Positions 40,180 through 49,257 of a stretch of DNA of 64,000 bases are shown here, piece by piece. This stretch comes from Vulcanimicrobiota bacterium (lineage in GTDB: Bacteria > Vulcanimicrobiota > Xenobia > Xenobiales > JADMJV01). The notes below the pieces were generated by a model that worked only from the letters and a program-made list of their open reading frames with translations, made no database searches and was not told the DNA's origin. Where the stretch lies: contig JBFWNU010000001.1 in NCBI GenBank assembly GCA_050250895.1, forward strand, positions 904,008-968,007, read 5' to 3'. Within the stretch, counting starts at the first letter, position 1; the number at the start of each line of letters is the position of its first letter. The position numbers were made by a program, and so were the translations under genes.

Positions 40180-40680
40180 ATGGAGAGACCTTATTCAGAA
40201 TTGGCCCGATGGTTGGTGGTGGTCGTCGTGGCGCTCGGCGCGGGCTTGTGGTTCGGCCGACCGGCTGACCCCGAACTAGCCCGGCGCATCCACCTGGAAG
40301 GCTATCTCAGGCACCGGGCCGAGGCGGCCATTCATGAACTGACCGGGGAACGCGCGCAGGTCGAAATCTCGGTCGAACTCGGCCAGGTGAAGGGCAAGCG
40401 CGAGAACTATCAGGCCGGGCCTGATAGTCGCATCCTGGTGGGCCGGCAGTCCAAGCGTGAACATCTAGAGTCCCAGTATGACAACGAGGTCATCAGCGAG
40501 AAATGGGAACCGACCGGTGACAGGCTCGTGGTTCAATACGAGGGGACCAACATCGTACGCATTCGTTGCCTGGTCATCACCAGGGCGGCTGACGACAACC
40601 GATTGCGAGAGGCCGTGGCGGCGGCTATCGGAATCGAACCGGCCCGGGGAGACCAGCTTCAGCTGTTGACTCCGAACTAG
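40180..40680 (+). CDS. Single-TM protein consisting of a FliF C-terminal (RBM3) ring-building domain
   Basis: GAGGAGG RBS; TM, then LEGYL..., AQVEISVEL, IVRIRCLVI, AAAIGIEPARGDQLQL (FliF AVG...RGD motif). Confidence 0.65.
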   Translation: MERPYSELARWLVVVVVALGAGLWFGRPADPELARRIHLEGYLRHRAEAAIHELTGERAQVEISVELGQVKGKRENYQAGPDSRILVGRQSKREHLESQYDNEVISEKWEPTGDRLVVQYEGTNIVRIRCLVITRAADDNRLREAVAAAIGIEPARGDQLQLLTPN

Positions 40681-40704
40681 CCGTAGCGAGCAACCTGGTA
40701 TCTG

Positions 40705-40731
40705 GCCGCCGTCGCGAGACGGCGGCTTTTT
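40705..40731 (+). terminator. Rho-independent terminator
   Basis: gccgccgtc-gcga-gacggcggc followed by TTTTT. Confidence 0.85.
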
Positions 40732-40740
40732 CTACGAACC

Positions 40741-40783
40741 GAAACACCACTGTAACAATTCGCTCGCCTGGCGAGCATACGGT
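40741..40783 (+). promoter_or_regulatory. Direct-repeat activator site plus -10 (GAAACAC-N4-GTAACAA-N19-TACGGT)
   Basis: Read directly; 9 nt before the ATG of the endonuclease. Confidence 0.5.
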
Positions 40784-40792
40784 CGATGGGCA

Positions 40793-41752
40793 ATGATCTG
40801 TTCTACTGTTAGCACGCCCATCTCCTATCCCTCCCTGCGCCCGGTGGCTAGAGCCGCTCAAGACTGCGGTGGCAGCTGCCCTACCGACCAGGCCGACCTG
40901 GGGCAAATGCCCCCCGACACCCCCGAACTCACCCAGATACTGAAGGCTTTTGCCGGCGCAACCCAACGTCCTTACTATGACGAGGCCGGCGATGCGGCCC
41001 AGATTCAGAAGTACTACGGCAACCTCGAGCCCGGCAGCGACTCGGCCGAGTTCTACCGGGCCTTGCAGCGAAAGCTCGAGTCCAGCCACACTTCTCCCCG
41101 CAGCTACTCTCCCTCGAAGTGGCTCTATCCCTGGGTCGATATCCACCCCGACGGCAACCTTCGCAGCGTCTATTCAGGCCAGATGCTCAACGCCGAAAAC
41201 CTGATCCGCCAGGACTATTGGCGGGCCCAGTCCGAGATTCTCGTCTCGTACATGACCTCACCCGAGACGGCCGGCGCAGCCCTGGCTATCCTCGAGTCGC
41301 AGGCCGCCTTCAATTGCGAGCATGTCGTGCCCCAGTCGTGGTATTCCAAGCGCGAGCCGATGCGCGGCGATCTGCATCATCTGTTTGCCTGCGAACCCCG
41401 TTGCAATAGCGCCCGGGGCAACCTGCCCTACTACGACTTTCCCGAGAACGAAGACACCATCCGCAACGACTGTGGCCGTATCGACCATAGCGGACGCCAC
41501 TTCGAGCCCGAGGGGGGTAAGGGAGCGGTGGCCCGAGCCACCCTCTACTTCTTGCTGCGCTATCCGGGGGCCCTCGACGATTACTCGCCGCGCGACATCG
41601 AGACGCTACTCGAGTGGCATCGCGAGAATCCGGTCAGCCTCTACGAGAAACACCGTAACGCGGCCATCGAAGAGATCCAGGGCAATCGCAACCCGCTGAT
41701 CGACCATCCCGAGTGGGCTGACAAGATCGACTTCACCCAGGGCCTGCGGTGA
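40793..41752 (+). CDS. Endonuclease I family (His-Me finger) nuclease
   Basis: NCEHVVPQSW, DLHHLF...CNSARGN, KGAVARA, QGNRNPLIDHPEW. Confidence 0.92.
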   Translation: MICSTVSTPISYPSLRPVARAAQDCGGSCPTDQADLGQMPPDTPELTQILKAFAGATQRPYYDEAGDAAQIQKYYGNLEPGSDSAEFYRALQRKLESSHTSPRSYSPSKWLYPWVDIHPDGNLRSVYSGQMLNAENLIRQDYWRAQSEILVSYMTSPETAGAALAILESQAAFNCEHVVPQSWYSKREPMRGDLHHLFACEPRCNSARGNLPYYDFPENEDTIRNDCGRIDHSGRHFEPEGGKGAVARATLYFLLRYPGALDDYSPRDIETLLEWHRENPVSLYEKHRNAAIEEIQGNRNPLIDHPEWADKIDFTQGLR

Positions 41753-42534
41753 CACCGACCATCACCTTGCTGACCGACTTCGGTCTGCAAGACCCCTATG
41801 TGGGGGTAATGAAAGGCGTGATCCTGGGCATTTGCCCAGGCGCTCGCCTGGTGGACCTGACCCATCTGATCCCGCCCCAGGACGTGGACGCGGCCGGACT
41901 GGCCCTGGCCCGGGCCTACGCATGGTTTGCGCCGGGCACCATCCATCTGGCCGTGGTGGACCCCGGAGTAGGCAGCAGCCGGCGCGCCGTGGCGGTGGCT
42001 GCTGGGGGTCACCTCTTCGTGGCCCCCGACAACGGTTTACTGTCCCGAGTCATGACCCGGGCCGGAGCCTATGAAGCCCACCAACTCGAAGCCCGGCAGT
42101 ATCGCCTGGCCGAGACCAGTCACACCTTTCATGGACGCGATATCTTCGCCCCGGCCGCGGCCTGGCTGGCCAACGGAGTCAAGCCGTCGGAGTTGGGCCA
42201 AACGGTCGACCAACTGGTGCTGCGCCCCGACCCCCAACCCGAGCCAACCACCCACGGCTGGCGGGTGACCATCATCGGCCGCGATCATTTCGGCAACCTG
42301 ATCACCAACCTGAGCCCCGAGCTGGCGGGCCCTGACCTGGAGGTACGGGCCGGCCAACGCAGTCTACCCCTGTGCACCAGCTACACCCAGGTAGAAATCG
42401 GTCAACCGCTGGCGATCTGGGGTTCGGATCACGCGCTCGAACTCTCGGTCAATCAGGGCGATGCCGGCGCTGTCCTGGGACTGGGGATTGGCGATCAGGT
42501 CGTGGTGATGGCCACGGCAGGTGGTTCTGGCTAG
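41749..42534 (+). CDS. SAM hydrolase / halogenase-family (DUF62) protein
   Basis: TLLTDFG.D.Y, VVDPGVG, APDNG, TFHGRDIFAP, DHFGNLITN. Confidence 0.92.
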   Translation: MTPTITLLTDFGLQDPYVGVMKGVILGICPGARLVDLTHLIPPQDVDAAGLALARAYAWFAPGTIHLAVVDPGVGSSRRAVAVAAGGHLFVAPDNGLLSRVMTRAGAYEAHQLEARQYRLAETSHTFHGRDIFAPAAAWLANGVKPSELGQTVDQLVLRPDPQPEPTTHGWRVTIIGRDHFGNLITNLSPELAGPDLEVRAGQRSLPLCTSYTQVEIGQPLAIWGSDHALELSVNQGDAGAVLGLGIGDQVVVMATAGGSG

Positions 42535-42552
42535 GAGTGGGAAGACTCGGCG

Positions 42553-42720
42553 GTGAGGTCTCGCGAAGAAATTCTGGCTCAATTTCCCGAACGCGACATG
42601 GACGGCTGCTGGGAGATCAGTCCCCACGCCGACAGTCGCTGGCGTGCCGCCGTTCTCGAGGTCTTGCTCGACATCCGCGAGGCCGTCTGCAGCGAAATCG
42701 CCCGTCAGCAAGCTGACTGA
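42553..42720 (+). CDS. Small hypothetical protein (55 aa)
   Basis: Not in the ORF track: MRSREEILAQFPERDMDGCWEISPHADSRWRAAVLEVLLDIREAVCSEIARQQAD; fills the operon gap, stop 3 nt before the next start. Confidence 0.55.
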   Translation: MRSREEILAQFPERDMDGCWEISPHADSRWRAAVLEVLLDIREAVCSEIARQQAD

Positions 42721-42723
42721 CGA

Positions 42724-44136
42724 GTGTCCAACCCGGCTCAGTCGCAGACTCCCTACCTCGATGCCCTCAAAGCCCATCTGGCCGCCGAGGTACGTTCCTT
42801 CCACATGCCCGGTCATCAGGGCGGGCGAGGCGCTCCGGCCCGCCTGCTCGAGTTGCTCGGGCCCGAGGTGTGGCGCGCCGACCTGACGCAGGTGCACGGA
42901 CTCGACGACATCCATCGGCCCGACGGCCCCTGCGGTCAGGCCCAGCGGCTGGCAGCCGAGGCCTATGGAGCCGATTTCACCTATTTTTTGGTTAACGGCT
43001 CGAGTTCGGGCAACCAGATTATGGCCATGGCCGCCCTCCACCGGGGTCAGTCCGTGCTGGTGGCTCGCAACGCCCATCGCTCGACCGTGGCCGGCATTCT
43101 GCTGGCAGGCGCCGAGCCCGTCTACTATCAGGGCCCCTACGACCCGGCGATGCAGGTCTGGGAGCCGCCGCAAGTCGAGCACCTCGAAGCCGCGTGGCGG
43201 CCGGACCTGACTGCCCTCTGGCTGACCAATCCCAGCTACTACGGAGCCTCCGGACCCATCGAGCGTTTGGTCGAGTGGGCTCACCGGCGCGATCTGATCT
43301 GCCTGGTCGACGAAGCCTGGGGGGCGCACCTGCACTTCCACCCCGACCTGCCCAGCTCGGCCGTCACGGCGGGTGCCGACCTGGTGGTTCAGAGCGTTCA
43401 CAAGACTCTGGGAGGACTCTCTCAAGCTGCTCAACTGCATGTTCGCCAGGGCCGGGTCGACCAGGCCCGCCTCGAGAACTGGGTCCGGTGGCTGTCCTCT
43501 ACCAGCCCGTTCTGTCCCTTGTTGGCCTCGATCGATGCGGTGCGACATCAGATGGTGAGCCAGGGCCGCGAGCTACTGACGCAGGTGATCGAGCTGGCTA
43601 CCCAGACGCGCCGACGGCTAGCCCAACTCGAGCGGGTCACGGTCTTCTCCGCCCGGTCGGGGGGCGACCCTACCCGCGTGGTAGCCCGGGTAGCCGGCTA
43701 CACTGGGCGAGAACTCGAAGCCGCGCTCTACAGCCGCCAGATCCAGGTGGAGATGTCGGATGCCCACCAGGTGGTCTTGCTGTTCTCTCCTGGCCATCAG
43801 GCCCAGGATGTCGATCACCTGGTCGAGGCTTTTGCGCAACTGCCGCTCCGCGAAGCTCCACCGCGACCGCTTCGGAACTGGCCCCCTGTGCCCGAGCAGG
43901 CCTGTTCGCCGCGCCAGGCGCTCGAGCGGCCCTCCGAGGCGGTGCCCCTGCAACAGGCCGTGGGCAGAATAGGGGTCGAACTGGTGACTCCCTATCCTCC
44001 GGGCATTCCCGTGCTCTATCCGGGTGAGGTCATCTCGGCCGAAGCGGTGGCCTATCTGAAATTCGAGCAGGCTTCCGGCGTCGATATCGAAGGGGCTTTT
44101 GACTCGACGCTGAAAACACTTCGGGTAATCACTTAG
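42724..44136 (+). CDS. Orn/Lys/Arg decarboxylase (PLP-dependent, YaaO/SpeA-like)
   Basis: FHMPGH, RNAHRS, VDEAWGAH, QSVHKT, PYPPGIP. Confidence 0.92.
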   Translation: MSNPAQSQTPYLDALKAHLAAEVRSFHMPGHQGGRGAPARLLELLGPEVWRADLTQVHGLDDIHRPDGPCGQAQRLAAEAYGADFTYFLVNGSSSGNQIMAMAALHRGQSVLVARNAHRSTVAGILLAGAEPVYYQGPYDPAMQVWEPPQVEHLEAAWRPDLTALWLTNPSYYGASGPIERLVEWAHRRDLICLVDEAWGAHLHFHPDLPSSAVTAGADLVVQSVHKTLGGLSQAAQLHVRQGRVDQARLENWVRWLSSTSPFCPLLASIDAVRHQMVSQGRELLTQVIELATQTRRRLAQLERVTVFSARSGGDPTRVVARVAGYTGRELEAALYSRQIQVEMSDAHQVVLLFSPGHQAQDVDHLVEAFAQLPLREAPPRPLRNWPPVPEQACSPRQALERPSEAVPLQQAVGRIGVELVTPYPPGIPVLYPGEVISAEAVAYLKFEQASGVDIEGAFDSTLKTLRVIT

Positions 44137-44144
44137 AGGTAATA

Positions 44145-45707
44145 TTGGAAGACTCAGCCTTGCCTATCCATACGGCCCTCAGGGTCACCGACGATCTAGA
44201 CCGGTTGTTCGATATCTTCCCTGACTATGTCAAGCGGAGCCTGTTGCGTCACGAAGACGACCTGGTCAATCTCATCGAAGTCGTGCTGGACCTGGGGCGA
44301 CGTCCGGAAGCGCGCTTTCCTGATCGCTTCGAATTCCTCTCGGAGCGGTACGTCAGCCGCGAAGATCTCCAGTATGTGATCGAGCGCGTCGGCAATTTCG
44401 GCAGCGACAACCGGGCCGGCATCGAGCGCACCCTGCACCGTATTTCGGCCATTCGCAACCGGGTGGGCGAGGTCATCGGCCTGACCTGCCGGGTGGGACG
44501 GGCAGTATTCGGCACGGTCAACGTGATCCGCGATGTGGTCGAGTCGGGCAAGAGCATCTTGCTGCTGGGACGGCCTGGCGTGGGCAAGACCACTCTCTTG
44601 CGCGAGGTAGCCCGAGTGGTGGCTGACGAACTCAAGCGCCGGGTGGTCATTGTCGACACCTCCAACGAAATTGCGGGGGATGGTGACATTCCCCACCCCG
44701 GCATCGGCCTGGCCCGGCGCATGCAAGTGCCTCGCAGCGACCTGCAGCACTCCATCATGATCGAAGCCGTCGAGAATCACATGCCCGAGGTGATCGTGGT
44801 CGACGAAATCGGCACCGAAGCCGAAGCCTACGCGGCCCGCACCATCGCCGAACGAGGTGTGTCGCTGGTAGCCACGGCCCACGGCAATACGCTAGAAAAC
44901 CTGATCATGAATCCCACCTTGTCGGACTTGATCGGGGGAATTCAGTCGGTCACCCTGGGCGATGAAGAGGCCCGTCGGCGCCGCACCCAAAAAACGGTGC
45001 TCGAACGGCGCGCTCCACCCACTTTCGAGGTAGTGGTAGAGATTCAAGACAAGCGCACCTTCGTGCTCCATGACGATGTGGCTCAAGTGGTCGACCTGAT
45101 GCTACGCGACGAATCTCCCCTGCCCGAGATTCGGGTGCGCAAGGACAGCGGAGTCGAAGTGGTGCAGTCCTCCAACCGCGAATTTCTGGCCTTCGACCAG
45201 CCCGAGGAGGGCCGCCACTGGAAACTGGCCCCCCCACCGCCGGGCCATGCTCCCAAAGAGGGGGTCAAGATCTTCCCCTACTCGGTCAGTCGCAACCGAC
45301 TCGAGCGAGCCATCAAGACGCTGGGCGTGTCGGCTGAAATCGTGCGCACTCACGACCTGGCGGATGTGGTGCTGACCCTCAAAGGAGCAGCCCGCAAAGG
45401 CTCGTCGCGCTTTGACGAACTGGCTCGCCGCAACGTGCCCATCCACACCATCAAAGCCAACACGGTGGCCCAGATTCAAAAGTTTCTCAAACAGTATTTC
45501 TCGCTGGGCGACCTTTCGGTAGAGGAGTTGGCCTTGCGCGAGGCCGAAGAGGCTATCCGTAAAGTCTCGGCCTCGGGGAGGTCGATCGATCTAGCTCCTC
45601 AAACCCCGGCCGTAAGGCGGCTCCAGCACGAGTTGGCCGAAAAGATGGCGCTTGGCTCCAAGAGTGTCGGCTCTGAGCCTTACCGCCACGTGCGAATTCA
45701 TAAGTGA
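44145..45707 (+). CDS. Ycf45/SpoIIIAA-like AAA ATPase with C-terminal R3H domain
   Basis: GRPGVGKTT, DTSNEIAGDGD, MIEAVENHMP, RRLQH. Confidence 0.92.
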   Translation: MEDSALPIHTALRVTDDLDRLFDIFPDYVKRSLLRHEDDLVNLIEVVLDLGRRPEARFPDRFEFLSERYVSREDLQYVIERVGNFGSDNRAGIERTLHRISAIRNRVGEVIGLTCRVGRAVFGTVNVIRDVVESGKSILLLGRPGVGKTTLLREVARVVADELKRRVVIVDTSNEIAGDGDIPHPGIGLARRMQVPRSDLQHSIMIEAVENHMPEVIVVDEIGTEAEAYAARTIAERGVSLVATAHGNTLENLIMNPTLSDLIGGIQSVTLGDEEARRRRTQKTVLERRAPPTFEVVVEIQDKRTFVLHDDVAQVVDLMLRDESPLPEIRVRKDSGVEVVQSSNREFLAFDQPEEGRHWKLAPPPPGHAPKEGVKIFPYSVSRNRLERAIKTLGVSAEIVRTHDLADVVLTLKGAARKGSSRFDELARRNVPIHTIKANTVAQIQKFLKQYFSLGDLSVEELALREAEEAIRKVSASGRSIDLAPQTPAVRRLQHELAEKMALGSKSVGSEPYRHVRIHK

Positions 45708-45716
45708 GGCGAATCC

Positions 45717-46415
45717 ATGTCTGCTAGCAACCCCGGAATGTTCATTACCTTCGAAGGATTGGAAGGAGCCGGCAAATCCACCCAGGCCGCTCACCTGGTC
45801 GACTTTTTGACCCAGGAGGGCTATCCGGTGAAGTTGGTCCGCGAGCCCGGTGGCACAGCTATCGGTGAGGCTATTCGCGGTTTGTTGGCCGATCCTCAGT
45901 ATAACGACATGGCCCCCCTCACCGAGGTCTTTCTGTTCGCTGCTTCGCGCTCGCAACTGGTCGAGCAATTTATCCGCCCTCAGCTGGAAGAGGGAGCCAT
46001 CGTTGTCTGTGATCGCTTCACCGACGCCACCCTGGCCTATCAGGGGTATGGACGCGGCGTCCACCCCACCCAGATTCGTGAGGTCAGCGACATGTGCAGC
46101 TGGGGCGTTCGCCCGGATCTGACCTTTCTGCTCGACATCGAGCCAGCCCGCGGCCTCAACCGGGTGCGCACCCGCTCGGTGGCCACCCTGACCCAGATGG
46201 ACCGCTTCGAACAGCTGGATATGGGTTTTTATGAACGGGTCCGGGAGGGCTATCTCGAAATCGCCTCGGAAGAGCCTTTCCGATTTCGCGTGCTCGACGC
46301 CAACGGCGAAGAAGACCTGTTGGCCAGTAAGCTCAGTCAGATCGCCCTGCGCGAGGTCAAAAAGAAGATGCCGGACCCTGGCCGCCTGAGCTTCGGAAGG
46401 CCCACCCTCGAGTGA
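45717..46415 (+). CDS. tmk: Thymidylate kinase
   Basis: FITFEGLEGAGKST, REPGG, DRF...AYQGYGRG. Confidence 0.96.
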   Translation: MSASNPGMFITFEGLEGAGKSTQAAHLVDFLTQEGYPVKLVREPGGTAIGEAIRGLLADPQYNDMAPLTEVFLFAASRSQLVEQFIRPQLEEGAIVVCDRFTDATLAYQGYGRGVHPTQIREVSDMCSWGVRPDLTFLLDIEPARGLNRVRTRSVATLTQMDRFEQLDMGFYERVREGYLEIASEEPFRFRVLDANGEEDLLASKLSQIALREVKKKMPDPGRLSFGRPTLE

Positions 46416-47422
46416 GCCAGACGGCCTTCCTCGACATCGTCGGCAATCGGGAGGCCCGCCAGTGGTTAGAGCGCTCCAGCCAACAGGGCAACCCCTACCC
46501 CTCTTTGTTGTTTTCGGGCCCGGCCGGTCTGGGCAAACGGTTGACGGCCATCTGGTATGCCGCCTTCCTAAACTGTGCCGGCCAACAAAGGCCCTGTGGC
46601 CGCTGCCCGAGCTGTGGCAAGATCGCCCGCGGCAACCACCCCGACCTGTTGGTTCAAGAACGCCTCGAGAAGAAGAACACCCTGGGGGTAGGCGAGATTC
46701 GCGAAGGCATCGCGGCCGCCGACTATACGCCGTACGAGGGCGGCTTTCGTATCTGGATCATCCCTGAGGCCGAGCGACTGACCGAAGAGGCCCAGAACTC
46801 GCTGCTCAAGACTCTGGAAGAACCGCCCCGCAAATTGGTGGTGATCCTGGTGACCTCGAACCTGGGGGTGATTCTGCCCACCGTAGCCTCACGGTGCCAA
46901 CCTCTGCGCTTTCGACCCGTCGAGACCACCGAGGTCGAATCGGTGTTACTAGCGCGTGGCTGCGAGGCCGAGCGGGCCGGCCAGATGGCCGCTCTGGCCG
47001 AGGGGCGGGTAGGCCAGGCCTTGCAGCTACTCGAGCAACCGCTGTTGTGGGAACAACGCGAGTCGATTCTCGAGCTCCTGTCCCGGTTGCCCGGCCAGGA
47101 CTTGTGGGGCGCCATCGAAACGGCTCAGGAGTTCGAAGGAATGCGGACCGACCGCGAAGATCGGAGCAACCTCGAGCGAGTCCTCGAGACCACTCGCTCA
47201 TTCTATCGAGACTTGCTGGTGGTGGCCGCTGGCGCCCCCGCCCAAATGACCATCAACGCCCACCATCATCAAGCTTTGGTGGAAACGGCCGGCAAGCTCG
47301 GGCGAGCCGGGGCCCTGGTCGCCCTCGAGCGGTTGGCTGAGGCCGAAGAGCAGATGCAGCAGAACGTTTCGCCGCGACTGCTGTTGCAAAGATTGTGTCT
47401 GCGTCTGGCGAAAGGAAACTGA
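46412..47422 (+). CDS. holB: DNA polymerase III delta' subunit
   Basis: GPAGLGK, CGRCPSC, HPD, AQNSLLKTLEEP, TVASRC. Confidence 0.93.
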   Translation: MSQTAFLDIVGNREARQWLERSSQQGNPYPSLLFSGPAGLGKRLTAIWYAAFLNCAGQQRPCGRCPSCGKIARGNHPDLLVQERLEKKNTLGVGEIREGIAAADYTPYEGGFRIWIIPEAERLTEEAQNSLLKTLEEPPRKLVVILVTSNLGVILPTVASRCQPLRFRPVETTEVESVLLARGCEAERAGQMAALAEGRVGQALQLLEQPLLWEQRESILELLSRLPGQDLWGAIETAQEFEGMRTDREDRSNLERVLETTRSFYRDLLVVAAGAPAQMTINAHHHQALVETAGKLGRAGALVALERLAEAEEQMQQNVSPRLLLQRLCLRLAKGN

Positions 47423-47423
47423 G

Positions 47424-48284
47424 ATGGTTGCAATAGCTTTTGAAGAAGCCGGCAAGAGCCACGTCTATCAAACCAACGGCCTGGAAGTGGCTGTCGGCGA
47501 TCAGGTCGTGGCCGAAACCCCCCGCGGGCTCGAACTGGGTCAGGTCGTAGCCGTGGCTAAACCCGGACCGGGCGACCCCCCCGCCGACGAGATTCCGATC
47601 CTGGTCAGGCTGGCCACCCGTGCCGACCTGCGCACCCAGTTTCGCAATCGGCTACGGGCCGAAGACGCTCACCGAACCGCCCTGCAGAAGATCAACGAAC
47701 ACGGCTTACCCATGAAATTGCTGTCGACCCACTTCACGCTCGACGGCAGCCGAATCGTGTTCTTTTTCTCGGCCGAGGGGAGGGTCGACTTTCGCCAGCT
47801 GGTCAAGGATCTGGTGGCGGGCATGCGACGCCGTATCGAACTGCATCAGGTGGGGGCCCGCGATCGGGCCAAGCTCAGCGGCGGTATCGGCCCCTGCGGT
47901 CGGGAGTGCTGCTGCACCTCGTGGCTGCGTGAATTCGCCCCGGTCTCTATCAAGATGACCAAGGAACAGGGGTTATCGCTGAACCCCTCCAAAATCTCGG
48001 GCGCCTGCGGTCGGCTGATGTGCTGTCTGCGCTACGAGTACGAGACCTATCGCAAGCTTCGGGCCGAGCTGCCCAAGGTGGGGGCGACCCTGAAGATACC
48101 TGAGGGAAAAGTTACCGTGCTCGAAGTGGGGCTGCTCACCCGAACGCTGACCGTGGAACACCCCGAGTTGGGCATTTTCGACATCCCGGCCGGGAGGGCC
48201 ATCGAAGGACCTTCCGAAGTGTGCCAGTCGTGCACGAAGCCTGTGCAGTGCAGTCCCGACCAGGAGTCCGATGAATCATCATAA
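47424..48284 (+). CDS. ricT: PSP1/YaaT (RicT) family protein
   Basis: RVDFRQLV, GGIGPCGRECCC, KISGACGRLMCCLRYE. Confidence 0.92.
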   Translation: MVAIAFEEAGKSHVYQTNGLEVAVGDQVVAETPRGLELGQVVAVAKPGPGDPPADEIPILVRLATRADLRTQFRNRLRAEDAHRTALQKINEHGLPMKLLSTHFTLDGSRIVFFFSAEGRVDFRQLVKDLVAGMRRRIELHQVGARDRAKLSGGIGPCGRECCCTSWLREFAPVSIKMTKEQGLSLNPSKISGACGRLMCCLRYEYETYRKLRAELPKVGATLKIPEGKVTVLEVGLLTRTLTVEHPELGIFDIPAGRAIEGPSEVCQSCTKPVQCSPDQESDESS

Positions 48285-48299
48285 TTTAGCCCGGGTCAG

Positions 48300-48328
48300 T
48301 TATACACTTTTCCCCAGGCTTATCCACA
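48300..48328 (+). promoter_or_regulatory. DnaA-box cluster
   Basis: Perfect TTATCCACA at 48320-48328 plus near matches TTATACACT (48300) and TTTTCCCCA in an AT-richer intergenic region. Confidence 0.6.
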
Positions 48329-48486
48329 GGATCTTTGTCTCGTCTAGATTGCCTATCTTAGCAGCGGTATCAAGGAACAGTCAAGCGAACAGTCTGTAAA
48401 CTTTCCAGAATCGAAAATACCTTTGGCGAAAGGGTTTGCGCCGATTCTATGTTCGCCCACATTCAAGATTAATTGAGAGGAATTCC

Positions 48487-49257
48487 ATGGAACTTCGCAA
48501 TCGAGTGGCCCTGATCACCGGGGCTTCCTCGGGTATCGGTAAAGAAGTGGCCCTGAATCTGGCCGCCAAAGGGACGCGGGTAGCGATTGTCTCGAACGTG
48601 CCGGACGAGCTGGCCGCCGTGCTTGACGAGATCGAGTCGAAAGGGGGCAACGCCATTGCGCTCGAGGCCGATCTGGGCGACCTCGACCAGGTGAGCACCC
48701 TGGTCCCCGAATCCGAGCGGGCCCTGGGGCCGCTCGACATCCTGGTGAACAATGCCGGGATCGGCCTTCACAAGACCCTGCTCGAATCCACCGACGCCGA
48801 ATTCGATCTGCTCTTTCGAGTCAACTTCTTCGCCACGGTGCGGTTGTGTCGCGACGCTCTGACCAGCATGGCTGGCCGCGGACGCGGTTCGATCGTGAAT
48901 GTGTCCTCGGCCTCGGGCCGGCGGGCCCTGTCCCGAATGACCGCCTATGCCTCGACCAAAGGCGCCATGCATGCCTTGAGCCAGGCTCTCCGGCTCGAGG
49001 CCGCCCCCCTCGGCGTGGCCGTGACCGAGGTGCTGCCCATCTCGGTGGCCACCCCCTTCTTCTCGGCCGCTGGCTATCGCCCCAAAGGACTGGTCCAGAC
49101 TCCCCAGTGGGTGGCCCAGCAAGTGGTGGTGGGGATTTTGACCGGTCGAGCGGAGGTCTATCCCAGCCGGCTTTCGCAACTGGCCCTGGCCCTCGACGGA
49201 CTCTTTCCCAATCTGGTAGCCCGGGCCCTGGCCTGGCGAGAGGTCCACTCGTCTTGA
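48487..49257 (+). CDS. SDR-family oxidoreductase
   Basis: TGASSGIG, NNAG, YASTK. Confidence 0.92.
   Translation: MELRNRVALITGASSGIGKEVALNLAAKGTRVAIVSNVPDELAAVLDEIESKGGNAIALEADLGDLDQVSTLVPESERALGPLDILVNNAGIGLHKTLLESTDAEFDLLFRVNFFATVRLCRDALTSMAGRGRGSIVNVSSASGRRALSRMTAYASTKGAMHALSQALRLEAAPLGVAVTEVLPISVATPFFSAAGYRPKGLVQTPQWVAQQVVVGILTGRAEVYPSRLSQLALALDGLFPNLVARALAWREVHSS

Noticed and set aside
41749-42534. Fluorinase/chlorinase natural-product gene
   Set aside because: The motifs (TFHGRD) and housekeeping context fit the widespread DUF62 SAM hydrolase; there is no biosynthetic cluster.
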